Part shown: positions 11,850-22,899 of the stretch, piece by piece | Position numbering within the stretch: the stretch's first letter is position 1 | Layout: the number at the start of each line of letters is the position of its first letter | DNA from: Octopus bimaculoides | Lineage: Eukaryota | Length of the DNA stretch: 56,929 bases | Assembly (NCBI RefSeq): GCF_001194135.2 | Contig: NC_068991.1 | Coordinates: 33,972,404 to 34,029,332 of the forward strand | Direction of reading: 5' to 3' | Program-made: the position numbers and the translations under genes | Notes under the pieces: model-generated | What the model saw: only the letters and a program-made list of their open reading frames with translations | Told to the model about the DNA's origin: nothing | Database searches by the model: none

Positions 11850-14800
11850 TGTTGTTACGGTTTTGTTTGTTGTGTTCCCGTAAGGGAAATACTGTTGTTA
11901 TTTCTGTTGACACCTTTTTGTGAACTGTTACCCTCCCCCTTTGGGGGAAGGAATACTGTATGAACTGTTTTGAACTTTGTTGAATTGCGTTTCCGTTTTT
12001 GGAAATCATAATATTATTTTTCTCTCCGTAATACGGAATTGCTTTGTGAAAAAATATGGCTTCAATTGAAAAAAAATCCAACATGAATTTTGCTGCGGCC
12101 GTAGGTGGCCCAGAACAAATAAATTTAGAAGTAGAAGAGATACAAGCATTCTTCGGAATGATAACAGAAAAGGATGGAGAATCTAAAATAACACCTCCAA
12201 GTGAGCTCCAGAACAAAATAAAGGAAAAAACTATCATCTATAAAACATACAATATGGAGTCGAAACGATTCAAATGCTTGGAGGAGTTGTACTGAAAAAT
12301 GCCTTGGCACAGTAATGAGCCAAATTAAATATTTAAACAGGGGCACAAGATTCACAACCATTGAAGCAAGGTTCGAATCGACAGAACATGCAAGAGAATT
12401 GTTGATGAGAACCTTGCAAAGTGGCAACATTTTGTTACTGCCACTATATCTGGGATGTAGGACGTCTTGGATAAAAATTAAAAACATCCCCCCCGGAGTG
12501 GGGTGGGCTGGATTGTGGCCACCCTACTGTATAAAAGAGAAGGAAAATTAAATATACAAATTACAAGAGACGGCCCACAGAACTGGCGGAGCCAGACCCT
12601 CGAGATCCTGGCCCAAGCCAAAACAAAAGATCTCGAGGAGTTACCAGAAACAATTATAATGGAAGACATAAGTATCCCAATATATGTGGAAGGCAGAAGG
12701 TCACACTGCTTCAAGTGTGGGAAGAAAGGACACTTAAGAGAAAAGTATCCCAAAAACACAAAAACCGTGAGATCAGCACAGGACCGACACCTCAATGTCA
12801 AACATGAAGGATGCAGAGTCCGGGCTAGGATACATGTAATGGGCCGTGAAGGTATCAATGTTGCTAGATGGGCTTGCTCGGAAGAAACTTGTCGTGATAT
12901 CAATGCTACGATCGGGTCTTTGGCAGATGAGTCCGGACAGGAGAAATAAGGACAAGAGGAGATATGTAAGGCCTTTCACAAGCACTTTGCCACGTTGTTC
13001 GGGAGGGACGGGATGTTGGACCATGGGGGTGCCTTACGGAATTTTCTGGATGGCGGCCCATGTCTTTCAGCTTGTGATGCTAAGCGCTATGAAGGACCAA
13101 TCACAGCCTCAGAGAGGTATTGTCCGAGAGCCCCAGGGACAAGTCACTAGGCCTGGATGGTCTTCCCTACGAATTTTATAGTAGCATGCCAGACTTGTTC
13201 GGGGAGATACTGGCCAGTGTGTACACGAATTGGCAGCAGAATGGGAGGACTCCCAAAGCTGTGAGCCAAGGACTGGTGACACTGATCGGGAAAGACCCAA
13301 GTAAGGGGGATAATGTTAATAACTTTGGGCCCCTAACTCTGCTAAACACAGAGTTAAAGATTTTGGCCAAGGTGCTTGCAAAGAGAGTTAGGGTTGTCGT
13401 GGGCGACCTGGTTGGGGAAGCATAGACATGTGCCATCCCAGGAAGGACGATACAGGACAACCTTCACCTCATTCGCTACACCATAGAGCGGGTGGGTAAA
13501 ATGCATGGCAACGGTGGGGCACTGGTGAATTTAGACCAGTCGAAGACGTTTGATAGGGTTGACTACGGATACCAGGTGGTGGTCCTTCCGGCGGCCGGAT
13601 TTGGCCCGACCTTCCGAGGCTGGATTAAAGCCATGTACGGCAATATCGAATCAATAGTCCGGGTGAATGGGTTCTTCTCGAACCCCTTCGAGATCGAGCG
13701 TTTAGTTCGCCAAGGCTGCCCCCTGTCTCCAGTTCTATACATGTTGGTGCTCGAGCCATTGCTGCGGAAATTGAGGGGCGTGGGGGTGGACCCACATGAT
13801 CCTTGTTACAGGAGAAATGTGACGGCATACGTGGATGACGTCACCATCATCATGTCAGATGAAGGGTGTCTACCTCGCATAGAAGACACCATCAAAGGAT
13901 AGAAGACGGTGGCAGGGGCGAAAATTAACCAGGAAAAATCAGTCGGCTTGCAACTCAGCACCTGAAAGGGCAAGTCAATGCCTCCCAACAGTGTCGTCGG
14001 GCGCTGGACGGAGGGCCCAGTTAAATTGCTTGGGGTCTGGTTCAGACCGGACCTCCAGGTGGAGAATAACTGAAGTGAGGTGACGAGCAAGGTGATAGCC
14101 ATAGCCCAGAAGTGGTCTGGGAAGAGGTTATCCTTGTTGGGAAAGGCGGAGGTTGTGCAGATGTTCATAGCATCGGTGATAACCTACTGCCTAACCGTCG
14201 TGCCTTGCTCTGGTTTGTGGCTGAACAAGCTGGAGCGGATCCTTTTCCACTTTTTGTGGGGAAGTAAGACTCCACTTGTGAGGCGCTCCATCTGTTGCTA
14301 GAAACCATTAAAGGCTGGGGATGTCATGGCTGATGATGCGCAAGCACGCACTGAGGCTGAGGCATCTTTGGTGCCACCTGGATGGTGAGCAGGTGTGGTC
14401 AACGCTTGCCGAGCAGGACTTTCCAAAATGTGAGTCCCTGACGGACTTAGGAGCATGGATCAGGTGAAGACATAAGACTGGGGAATGGCAGGTGGAGTGC
14501 AAACAAGCACTTTCACTCTTCTCCCGGGTGAGCAATGCTGACAGCAGGGTTACCACAGCAGATATTTATAGCGGGTTGGTAGAGCTTAAGTCTGACGATG
14601 CCCTGGGGGAGACTCTGGGCTTCGATAAGAAGCAGCTAGCCAGCCTGTTCAGGAGGACCTTCGGGTCGAGATTTCTGAATAACTACCAGAAATCCATGAC
14701 TTGGCTGTGCTACCGATCGGCCTTACCGGTTCGGGAAAGGTTATCGAGACATGGTTATGACACCTCCCCCACGTGTCTGAGGTGCGGGCGTGCCAGTGAT

Positions 14801-15400
14801 ACGCTGATGCACGCCTTCGTACACTGTGAGGAGTTGAGGGAGTTGATAACCTATGCCGAACAGCTGATGTCGGATGCAGAAGGAGTACGGCTCTCGACTG
14901 AGTCCATGATTAAGATTGTACCGCCTTCCTCTTTCTCCAAAGAGAGGAAGGCAGCATTTCTCTGCGTAATTACCATATTGAAAGAAACAGTATGGAAGAC
15001 GCGAGTGGAAGGATCTGTGACAGGACGATTCATCTCCAGACGAGGGCTGGTGAATTATTTCACAGCCCATCTTGCGTTCAAGATCCGTCTGGAGAGGAGG
15101 AGCCTGCTACAAGGAGTGTTCGCAAAAAGATGGAAGGAGATTGTAAGAAAGATGAGTATGCAAGGAGCTGTGCCAACATAGAAGAAAAGGAAAAAAAAAA
15201 AAGGACGCAAAAACAGGAAATCAACTGGTGGGTTAGTAAAGTTACCGAAACGGAAAAAAAAAAAAGAACGTTAAATTTTTAAATAATAATTTTTAAGAAC
15301 ATCATATCATATTATATTATATATTATCATCTCCATTCGCTAAAAACATCCATTAAAAGCTGACGACCCATATTTATGTTCTTGTTTGTCCCCTCTATGT
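11850..15400 (+). mobile_element. Tx1/L1-clade LINE, internally deleted and inactive
   Basis: ORF1 12056-12770 has the knuckle CFKCGKKGH. ORF2 RT motifs: GLDGLPYEFY, LLNTELKILAKVLAKR, LDQSKTFDRV, RQGCPLSP, AYVDDV; C-terminal CLRC..DTLMHAFVHC. The APE domain is missing; several stops; A-rich runs at 15190-15265. Confidence 0.88.
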
Positions 15401-15402
15401 AT

Positions 15403-16048
15403 GCCGTTGTTTGTCAACAACAACTATCAGTGGTATATATTTCTTTTGTCACTGTTATTTATGACATCGTTTGTGTGTTTGTACTGGTTTTAGCTTTAGG
15501 CTTTTAGGGTTAGGGTTAGAGTTTGGGTTAGGGTTTTAGGGTCAGGGTTAGGGGTTTAGAGTTTGGGTTAGGGTTTTAGGGTTAGGTTAGGGTTAGAGTT
15601 TTAGGGTTAGGGTTTTAAAGTTAGGGTTGGGGTTTTAGGGTTAGGGTTGGGATTTTAGGGTTAGAGTTACGGAAAAATGTGAAAAATGAAGAAATTGGAG
15701 GGGGGGGGGCAAAAATGTCTTTCCGAAAATAGTAGCTGAAAAAAATCCTAACCTATCCCTAACCCTGACCATAAAACACTAAAACCCTAAAGCTAAATCC
15801 AGTACAAACGCACGAACGATGTCATAAATAACAGTGACAAACGAAATATATACCGCCGGAAGTTGTTGTTGACAAACAACAGCAGTAATTGTTTTCACTT
15901 CAATAGACGTCATTGATTGTTTGAAATTACCGAAATACGACAACTTTAACACGAAATAACTTCGAAAATACGCAATTTTCTCAAAAACGCCAAAAGTAAA
16001 TGATGTTTTATGTGACACATTCTACCAGTATACGAATTTTGAAAGTGT
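15403..16048. mobile_element. Foldback-type element with long inverted arms
   Basis: 15403-15520 is the reverse complement of ~15745-15883. The right arm continues to ~16048 and matches 28570-28760 in reverse orientation. Confidence 0.75.
15495..15668 (+). repeat. Degenerate interstitial telomere-like (TTAGGG)n array
   Basis: About 25 TTAGGG / TTTTAGGG / TTAGAG / TTGGG units; a short (CCCTAA) counterpart lies at 15747-15792. Confidence 0.9.
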
Positions 16049-16102
16049 TTAGTTATAAAAAATTATTTTTTAAATGTGCCGGCCAAAGGCAAAAGATCCT
16101 CG

Positions 16103-16190
16103 CACCTGTTTGGTCAGTGGTGGATCAGACGAGCGAGAATCCTTAGATTCGGTTTCGAATCTAAGCTCGGAGAGAGGAAGTGTTAGTTTT
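16103..16190 (+). other. tRNA-like / Pol III promoter-like segment with a perfect hairpin
   Basis: A-box-like TTGGTCAGTGG at 16110-16120 with a pairable D-arm (GGTC/GATC); B-box-like GGTTTCGAATC at 16151-16161; perfect 10-bp stem 16142-16151/16156-16165; T5 run downstream. No good acceptor stem. Confidence 0.3.
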
Positions 16191-17145
16191 TACAGCCTTC
16201 CCCCAGATTCAACAAATAAAAAAGATATTAATCTCAGTCTCAGGAAAGAGTAATGGATGCTGTCCTTCCTTTCCTAAGCTACAAAAAATCATGCATATTT
16301 TAGAACCTTTCATTCAAAGACATTGCCCTATTCCTGAGTTCCTCTTTCACGAACTTTCCTTTAACCAGAACCCCATTCAAATGTCCTTCTGAGCCAACAT
16401 CAAGGCACAAAACATTTAAATTCAAGTGAGATTCACTACCTAAAAATATTTAATTAGTATTTAGATAATCTAACCAGGTAAGAATATCATAATTTAGTCA
16501 ACATCAGTATAAAATTATAACAGGCAAAGTGCGAAATCTAAGGAAAGAGAATAGGAAGTCTTACTCAGGGAGGCACCAATATGTAGTTTTGATAGCTTTT
16601 AACAAATGCATATCACTGCAACAGTAAAAAAAAAAAAAATAATAATTTCAACAATTAACATTAATTTTAATACGACCGAATATTTCCCTTTTATTTCTTT
16701 TTTTCCTTCCATTTTTGTAGTTATATATATATATATATATATATANNNNNNNNNNNNNNNNNNNNNNNNNNNNNNNNNNNNNNNNNNNNNNNNNNNNNNN
16801 NNNNNNNNNNNNNNNNNNNNNNNNNNNNNNNNNNNNNNNNNNNNNNNNNNNNNNNNNNNNNNNNNNNNNNNNNNNNNNNNNNNNNNNNNNNNNNNNNNNN
16901 NNNNNNNNNNNNNNNNNNNNNNNNNNNNNNNNNNNNNNNNNNNNNNNNNNNNNNNNNNNNNNNNNNNNNNNNNNNNNNNNNNNNNNNNNNNNNNNNNNNN
17001 NNNNNNNNNNNNNNNNNNNNNNNNNNNNNNNNNNNNNNNNNNNNNNNNNNNNNNNNNNNNNNNNNNNNNNNNNNNNNNNNNNNNNNNNNNNNNNNNNNNN
17101 NNNNNNNNNNNNNNNNNNNNNNNNNNNNNNNNNNNNNNNNNNNNN

Positions 17146-18365
17146 ATAGCTTTTAATAACTCCTTAACATCAGAGGGGTAAACTTCACCAATTGTTCCAA
17201 TTCGAAAGCAGTTCGCTTCCAAGACTTTGCCAGGGTATATTACAAAATCTAAATCGTTTAATTTGCTGTAGAATGTATTAAAATCAAAATGTGGATCGCT
17301 GGGAAAGAAAAATGAAGTTATAATATAATTTGCTTGATTTGGATCCGTCAACAACTCTTTGAAACCAAGTGTTTTCATACCTTTTCCCAAAATAGATCGA
17401 TTTTCCATATATCTAGCTGACCTTCCTTTCAAGCCACCTTCTTGTTCATATTCCACGATAGCTTGCTGAAATGCCAGCATCGTATGTGTTGGGGGAGTAA
17501 ATCGAAACTGGCCTGTCGCCTCTAAGTTTTGATATTGATCATAAAGATCCAAAGTGAGACAGCGAGAATATCCACGGCATTCTAATAGCTTTCTAGTTTT
17601 TGCAACTACGTAAGAGAAACCAGGAACACCTTGTAAACATTTGTTTGCTGAACTGACCATGAAGTCAATATCACCGGCGGCGAAATCAAGCGGAACTGCA
17701 CCAAAACTACTCATTGCATCCACAAAATATATACAATTCTGAAGGTATTTTTTGACGATCTGCCCGACATCCACAATCGGGTTGAAAACTCCAGAACTTG
17801 TTTCACAGTGAACAATAGCGACATGAGTAAATGAGGAATCAGTTTTCAAAACATCTTCAACAACATTAACATTTACAGCAGAGCTTTCAGGGAAGCTCAG
17901 TACACGTTTTGAAATACCTGCGACTTCACAGATTTTTGCGATACGTTTACCGTAGGCACCGTTTTCTAAGATCAGAACTTTACCATCACTCCGGGGAACT
18001 GTCGATTGAAAGACAGCTTCGACAGCGTATGTTCCACTGCCTTGTACTGGTATTGACGTATATTCAAGATTGCTTACTTGTGCGATGTCCAGAATTTTCT
18101 GCCGAATATTTCTTACACACTGGATGAATTGAATGTCTCGCGAACCTAGATCTTTTAACATAGCCTCACGCACTGTCGATGTGGTGCATAGAGGACCTGG
18201 TGTAAAAAGTTTCTTTTCAACTTCAGTCGACTGGTAATTCACATGTTGCAGAGTACTCCCAGGTGCGGAAATTCGGAGAGAAGTGAAACTGTGTGGAGAA
18301 AACGTTTGGATTAATCTAAACAACGATACTGGACGGAAAAATCTGCACTGCATATTGGCTGACAC
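17146..18365 (-). CDS. phnW: 2-aminoethylphosphonate-pyruvate transaminase (class V PLP aminotransferase), intronless; C-terminal codons lost in gap 16746-17145
   Basis: More than 400 uninterrupted codons. Motifs: KKLFTPGPL, DLGSRD, QGSGTYAVEA, NGAYGKR, VHCETSSG, VDAMSSFG, SSANKCLQGVPG (PLP lysine), LDLYDQ, QFRFTPPTH, VIYPGK, FRIGTIG. The WRFT/FRFTP.TH and IYPGK motifs are characteristic of PhnW rather than AGXT/SerC. Confidence 0.93.
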
Positions 18366-18580
18366 GTATACGCTCCAACAAATCTCGACTGTGTTGTTGT
18401 ATTGAGTATATTGAAAGTTATTTCCCTTGGAGCAGCGTCAATCAGCGTCATACTTATGACGCCGATATTCAATATTAATTTCTAGTGGAAGCAATGATCG
18501 CCAGCTTTGTAAATTGAGGACAGTCGAACAAATTAATTTCAGGGCATATGTTGACAAATATAGTTTTGACGTCTTCTACT
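18366..18580 (-). promoter_or_regulatory. Probable phnW 5' UTR / proximal promoter with clustered CRE/ATF-like sites
   Basis: Non-repetitive and CpG-retaining; CGTCA at 18436-18440 and 18446-18450, TGACG at 18457-18461, TGACGTCT at 18567-18574. Confidence 0.4.
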
Positions 18581-18699
18581 TGTCACTTATAGCTGATTGA
18601 GGTTAGCTTAAGTAACAGAAATCTGGAGGAGAAGCTCTTATTTCAGTAAGAAAATTCAAAACTTCAGACAGTGGAAGTGTGTGTGTGTAATTACAGGTA

Positions 18700-19277
18700 T
18701 AAACTTTAACTTGTAGTATGGATAGAGTAACTGCAGATTCTCTTTTTCACTGATCTTTAGCTTTATGTTAATATCTGCTGGGGTAGCTGATTTCCACAAC
18801 TGTACACAATTTCTCTTCTCTATCCCAAATCATCATATCAGATCTGTAGCAGGCCATATCTGGTCGACATGATGTAGCCTACTACCAAATGTAACGTGTA
18901 GATTTAACGCTTAAATTTTCTCCATCCTGTTCTTATTCTAGCTATCACACTCTCTGTGCATCCTTTCCCACTAATAATTTGGTTCCTTAGGTAGTGGAAA
19001 TTATCTACTACCTCTAATGAGCCACCAGGGCATTTGAGAGAATCGATTTCTTGTGTCTCTAAAGTTTTTATGGATTCTGTACATCTTCCACATATGAAAA
19101 CTATCTTCTCTGATAATCTTCCTATTAATCCACTGCACCTCTTGTGTCCATAGCTTACACTTGGTACACCACATGGAATTCCTGCCTACACCTTTCCTAC
19201 ATATCTAACAGGGCCACCTATCTGAGGTGTGTAGAGTCCTATCAGTTAGTCAAACCTTAGTCTTTCCTAAATTAACC
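18700..19277 (-). mobile_element. Older RTE LINE fragment with the same PHD-finger insert
   Basis: KVNLGKTKV…RWPC*ICRKGVGRNSMWCTKCKLWT(H)KRCSG…VFICG, homologous to 6085-6300. Confidence 0.8.
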
Positions 19278-19281
19278 TTAA

Positions 19282-20424
19282 CCCTTTCGTTACTATATTT
19301 CTGGCCAAAATACACCCCTCATGAGTTTCAATTAAATTCTAAAATAATCATGAATTTAGACTAGTCTCATTAAACACCTGTAACTTTTTTATTTATCAAC
19401 ATATTAATGTGATATTTGGAACATAATTAAAGAAAGGGTTCTTAATCAATTCTATTGCATAATTTTTGTCTCAAAGTTCTCCACGTNNNNNNNNNNNNNN
19501 NNNNNNNNNNNNNNNNNNNNNNNNNNNNNNNNNNNNNNNNNNNNNNNNNNNNNNNNNNNNNNNNNNNNNNNNNNNNNNNNNNNNNNNNNNNNNNNNNNNN
19601 NNNNNNNNNNNNNNNNNNNNNNNNNNNNNNNNNNNNNNNNNNNNNNNNNNNNNNNNNNNNNNNNNNNNNNNNNNNNNNNNNNNNNNNNNNNNNNNNNNNN
19701 NNNNNNNNNNNNNNNNNNNNNNNNNNNNNNNNNNNNNNNNNNNNNNNNNNNNNNNNNNNNNNNNNNNNNNNNNNNNNNNNNNNNNNNNNNNNNNNNNNNN
19801 NNNNNNNNNNNNNNNNNNNNNNNNNNNNNNNNNNNNNNNNNNNNNNNNNNNNNNNNNNNNNNNNNNNNNNNNNNNNNNNNNNNNNNNNNNNNNNNNNNNN
19901 NNNNNNNNNNNNNNNNNNNNNNNNNNNNNNNNNNNNNNNNNNNNNNNNNNNNNNNNNNNNNNNNNNNNNNNNNNNNNNNNNNNNNNNNNNNNNNNNNNNN
20001 NNNNNNNNNNNGATTTCAGTTTCGGATACAGAAATATCCGATTTATTATCGTTCACCACGTGCTTTTGTAGCTCATTCATTCTTTTCTTCGATATCTCCA
20101 TATCTTCTGTTGAAAAACCTTCAAATTCGGAATCACTGCTTGATAGCATGAAACTCCTCTCCATCTTCAAAGTTGAAAAAAATCAACGCCGCAAAAAATG
20201 TGGAAAAAAATCTTCCAAAATTCACTGAGTTCAAATATCACGCCAAACAATGTGGGAGACAATAACTCAACTGTTTGCAAAGTGAAATCAGGTGTTTTAA
20301 CGACTGTATTAACGAGATTTGGGTTCAAATATACATTTAAATAACAATGGGTATGCTCGGCCGGGTTAGTCTTATGAACCAAAAACTTTTTCGGCCGGCT
20401 ACGGCCGGGTTAGTAACGAAAGGG
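19282..20424 (-). mobile_element. Non-autonomous piggyBac element
   Basis: TTAA at 19278-19281 and 20425-20428; perfect 14-bp TIR CCCTTTCGTTACTA; subterminal direct repeat cggccgggttagt twice; acidic N-terminal remnant SSSDSEFEGFSTED; a gap lies inside. Confidence 0.88.
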
Positions 20425-20429
20425 TTAAG

Positions 20430-22790
20430 GTACATATATGTCTTCTTTCTCTTGTATTTTTCTAACCATATTTTTGCCCAGAGGACACAGTTGATTTCCA
20501 CAACAGAACATATCTTTTCTTTGTGGTCTTACACAATGATATCTGGTCGATTGTGCTTTAACTTGATAGCTGTTTTAACCTTTAATTTCCATCAATATTC
20601 TTTTGACCCATCTGCCTCAATATGATTAACTTCGTTTGTAGGTATTTTCTTTTCTGTAGTTCTGTTCCAGACTATTCTGGCTACCCCATTATGCTTCATG
20701 GGAAGATAATATCAGGAAGACATTTGCTCACAGTTGGCAATAATGTGGTTGCTGTCTTCAGTTTTGGTCTCTCAGCGTTTTCTGCCTTTTATGCAGTATG
20801 TTCTTGGATTGCATGGATGCAGCTTTCAAAATGAGATGTCATAAACTTGTCAGTACTCTATGCCAAGTTTTTGACATGATCAATCCCTTGTATGGTTTGC
20901 ATTTTATGTGACAATTACCCATGTACTATCTTCTCAGTGAACTGGTCTATTTTAAAAATTTTGTTGTTTATCAATGCTCCCTGGGGAGAGATCTGTAATC
21001 AGCTCTTATTTTATACCTCTCCTAGAGTTCATTAACTACCCTAATTATGTCATTGATTTCATGGTCACAAACTTAGGCAAGATAGTTACTGGTCTCTTTC
21101 CTCTACTGCAGATGTTATTTCAGTGCTACAATCTATACTTAATATGACATCAATACAGATTTGAGACCACAGCCACCATCCTTGCATGGGAAGTATAGCC
21201 TGTCTACATCTCCACTGATGTTGAAGTTTCTTGTAACACTGAATAGCTTGCAAGTTCAAACGACTGTCTCATTGAGTTCTTGCCCTGACCAGTTCAGAAG
21301 ATCAAATGTAAGCACTGCAAAAGTGTTGTGGATGATAAGCTTGTTGTAAGCTGAGAGTTCTGATAACCATATTTTCTTTGCCCTCCTGAGGTATTCATTT
21401 CTGGTCCTCTCCTTATTTATAGATCTGTTATATATGATATTCTCATCTTGTCCAAGATACCTATAATTGTCACCTGACTACAGAGGTTCTATTGTTAAGC
21501 TGTTTATTTTTAGATTTCCAGAAGAGGGCACAACTTTTCTCCATTTTATTGATTAAAATGCACATTTGGACTTACCAAATTTCATCCCAATTTCCTGCAG
21601 AAATTGGGTCTAGTTGTTTTTTCATGTGGTTGATATTTGGCCCGTGCAGTTTCAGGTCATTGACAAAGAAAAGATGAGTGATACTTCTGGATCCATTTCT
21701 CTGGTCACTATGCTTTGTGAGCAGGTATGACAGTGGATTTAACGAGAAGACAAAGAGTAACACTGAAAGGCTATCTCCTGAAAGATACCTTTTTGGTAGT
21801 GAATGCTATCCAACTTAATCTGCTCCTTATCACTTCTGAGGAGCAAAGTGGTGTACCAAGTCTTGGTCAGGTGTTCAACAGTACTCACTAGTGATTGTGG
21901 AACTTTGGCCAACTGTAAAGTCTTGATAATCCACCCATGTGGTATATTATCAAAAGCATTCTTGTAGTCCAGCCACGTTACTGTCAAGTACTTTTTCTGC
22001 TTTTTCTTGGATTTTTTTAATTCATAGCTGTTGTATGCAGCCCCATACCTCCTTCTTTCCTCCAGCTTGCTCAGGTGTTATAATGTTGCTGGTGGCACAA
22101 TGATCCTGCAAAAATAGATTGAGACACCCAGTGTATAATTTGTACATGTTGTTTTGGCAGGCTATAGGGCAGTAATTTTTAGCAAGTGTAGTTTGGTTAT
22201 TTTGAAGATGAGGAGAGTGGTTGCAGTTGATAACCATTGGGGCAGTTCTTGTATACCCTTTATACTTTCTCCATACAACCGTATGTGATCTTACTGATAA
22301 AAGTGAAATTCTTCAGCCAGTAACCTGTTATGAGGTCTGGGCCTGGGGATTTCCTGTATGACATTTTCTGTAGGACTGTTTCCAGCATTTCACTGTTAAT
22401 TTCATATTGCTTTTGCTGGACATATCTGCAGTAGTCCTGCTCTACTTTTTTAGTCATACAGCTTGTTTGTTGAATTCATCAATTATTTCTTATACAGATC
22501 TCCAGTAGCAGCACTCAACCTGATCTTCTGAGAAGATATCTTTTACAGAGATTGAGCTTTTCACATTGAAGCTGTGATAAACTGATTTGGGATTTCTGGC
22601 AAATAATTTATTGAGCATTTGCTGTTCATGTGTTGTAGATCCATACTCTAGTTTTTCAGCTATAGCTGTGAGTTGTTATTTCAGCTGGTGCAGCTTAGAA
22701 TTTAGGTTTTTGAATCCTGTATCACCAAATTGTGTGCATGCATACGTGTTTCTCTCTCGTTTTTACTCATCTAAATTCTTCCTCTGAAGA
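20430..22790 (-). mobile_element. R4-like non-LTR retrotransposon remnant (RT plus CCHC)
   Basis: KMSYRKSPGPD, YCPIACQNNMYKLYTG, PEQAGG, WLDYKNAFDNIPH, KGIFQ(GD)SLS.LLF..SLNPLS, THLFFVNDLK, HIIANCEQMS..YLPMKHN; many frameshifts. Confidence 0.8.
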
Positions 22791-22899
22791 AGGAGCTGGT
22801 TTCTGACAATGATACAAAGCTTTGTCTTTGGAATGAAGATTGAGGATAACAAAAACAATGTCATGTTTTAAATCTGAGAAAAGTCTAGTATAGTTTTAC

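Noticed and set aside
11840-11856. gctgttgtt as a TSD partner of gccgttgtt at 15403 for the Tx1 element
   Set aside because: Low-complexity match, and upstream sequence does not convincingly continue the foldback arm.
15495-15668. True telomere or chromosome-fusion scar
   Set aside because: Short, degenerate and embedded in the inverted arms of a repeat; head-to-head orientation is explained by the foldback.
16599-17145. 588-aa length of the phnW ORF in the ORF track
   Set aside because: The extension is N-gap plus (TA)n; the real stop must lie in or near the gap, and PhnW needs only a few more residues.
17146-18365. Bacterial contaminant contig as the source of phnW
   Set aside because: Contiguous on both sides with host-type repeats, no operon neighbours or obvious Shine-Dalgarno, and it carries a eukaryotic-type presequence; ancient transfer remains open.
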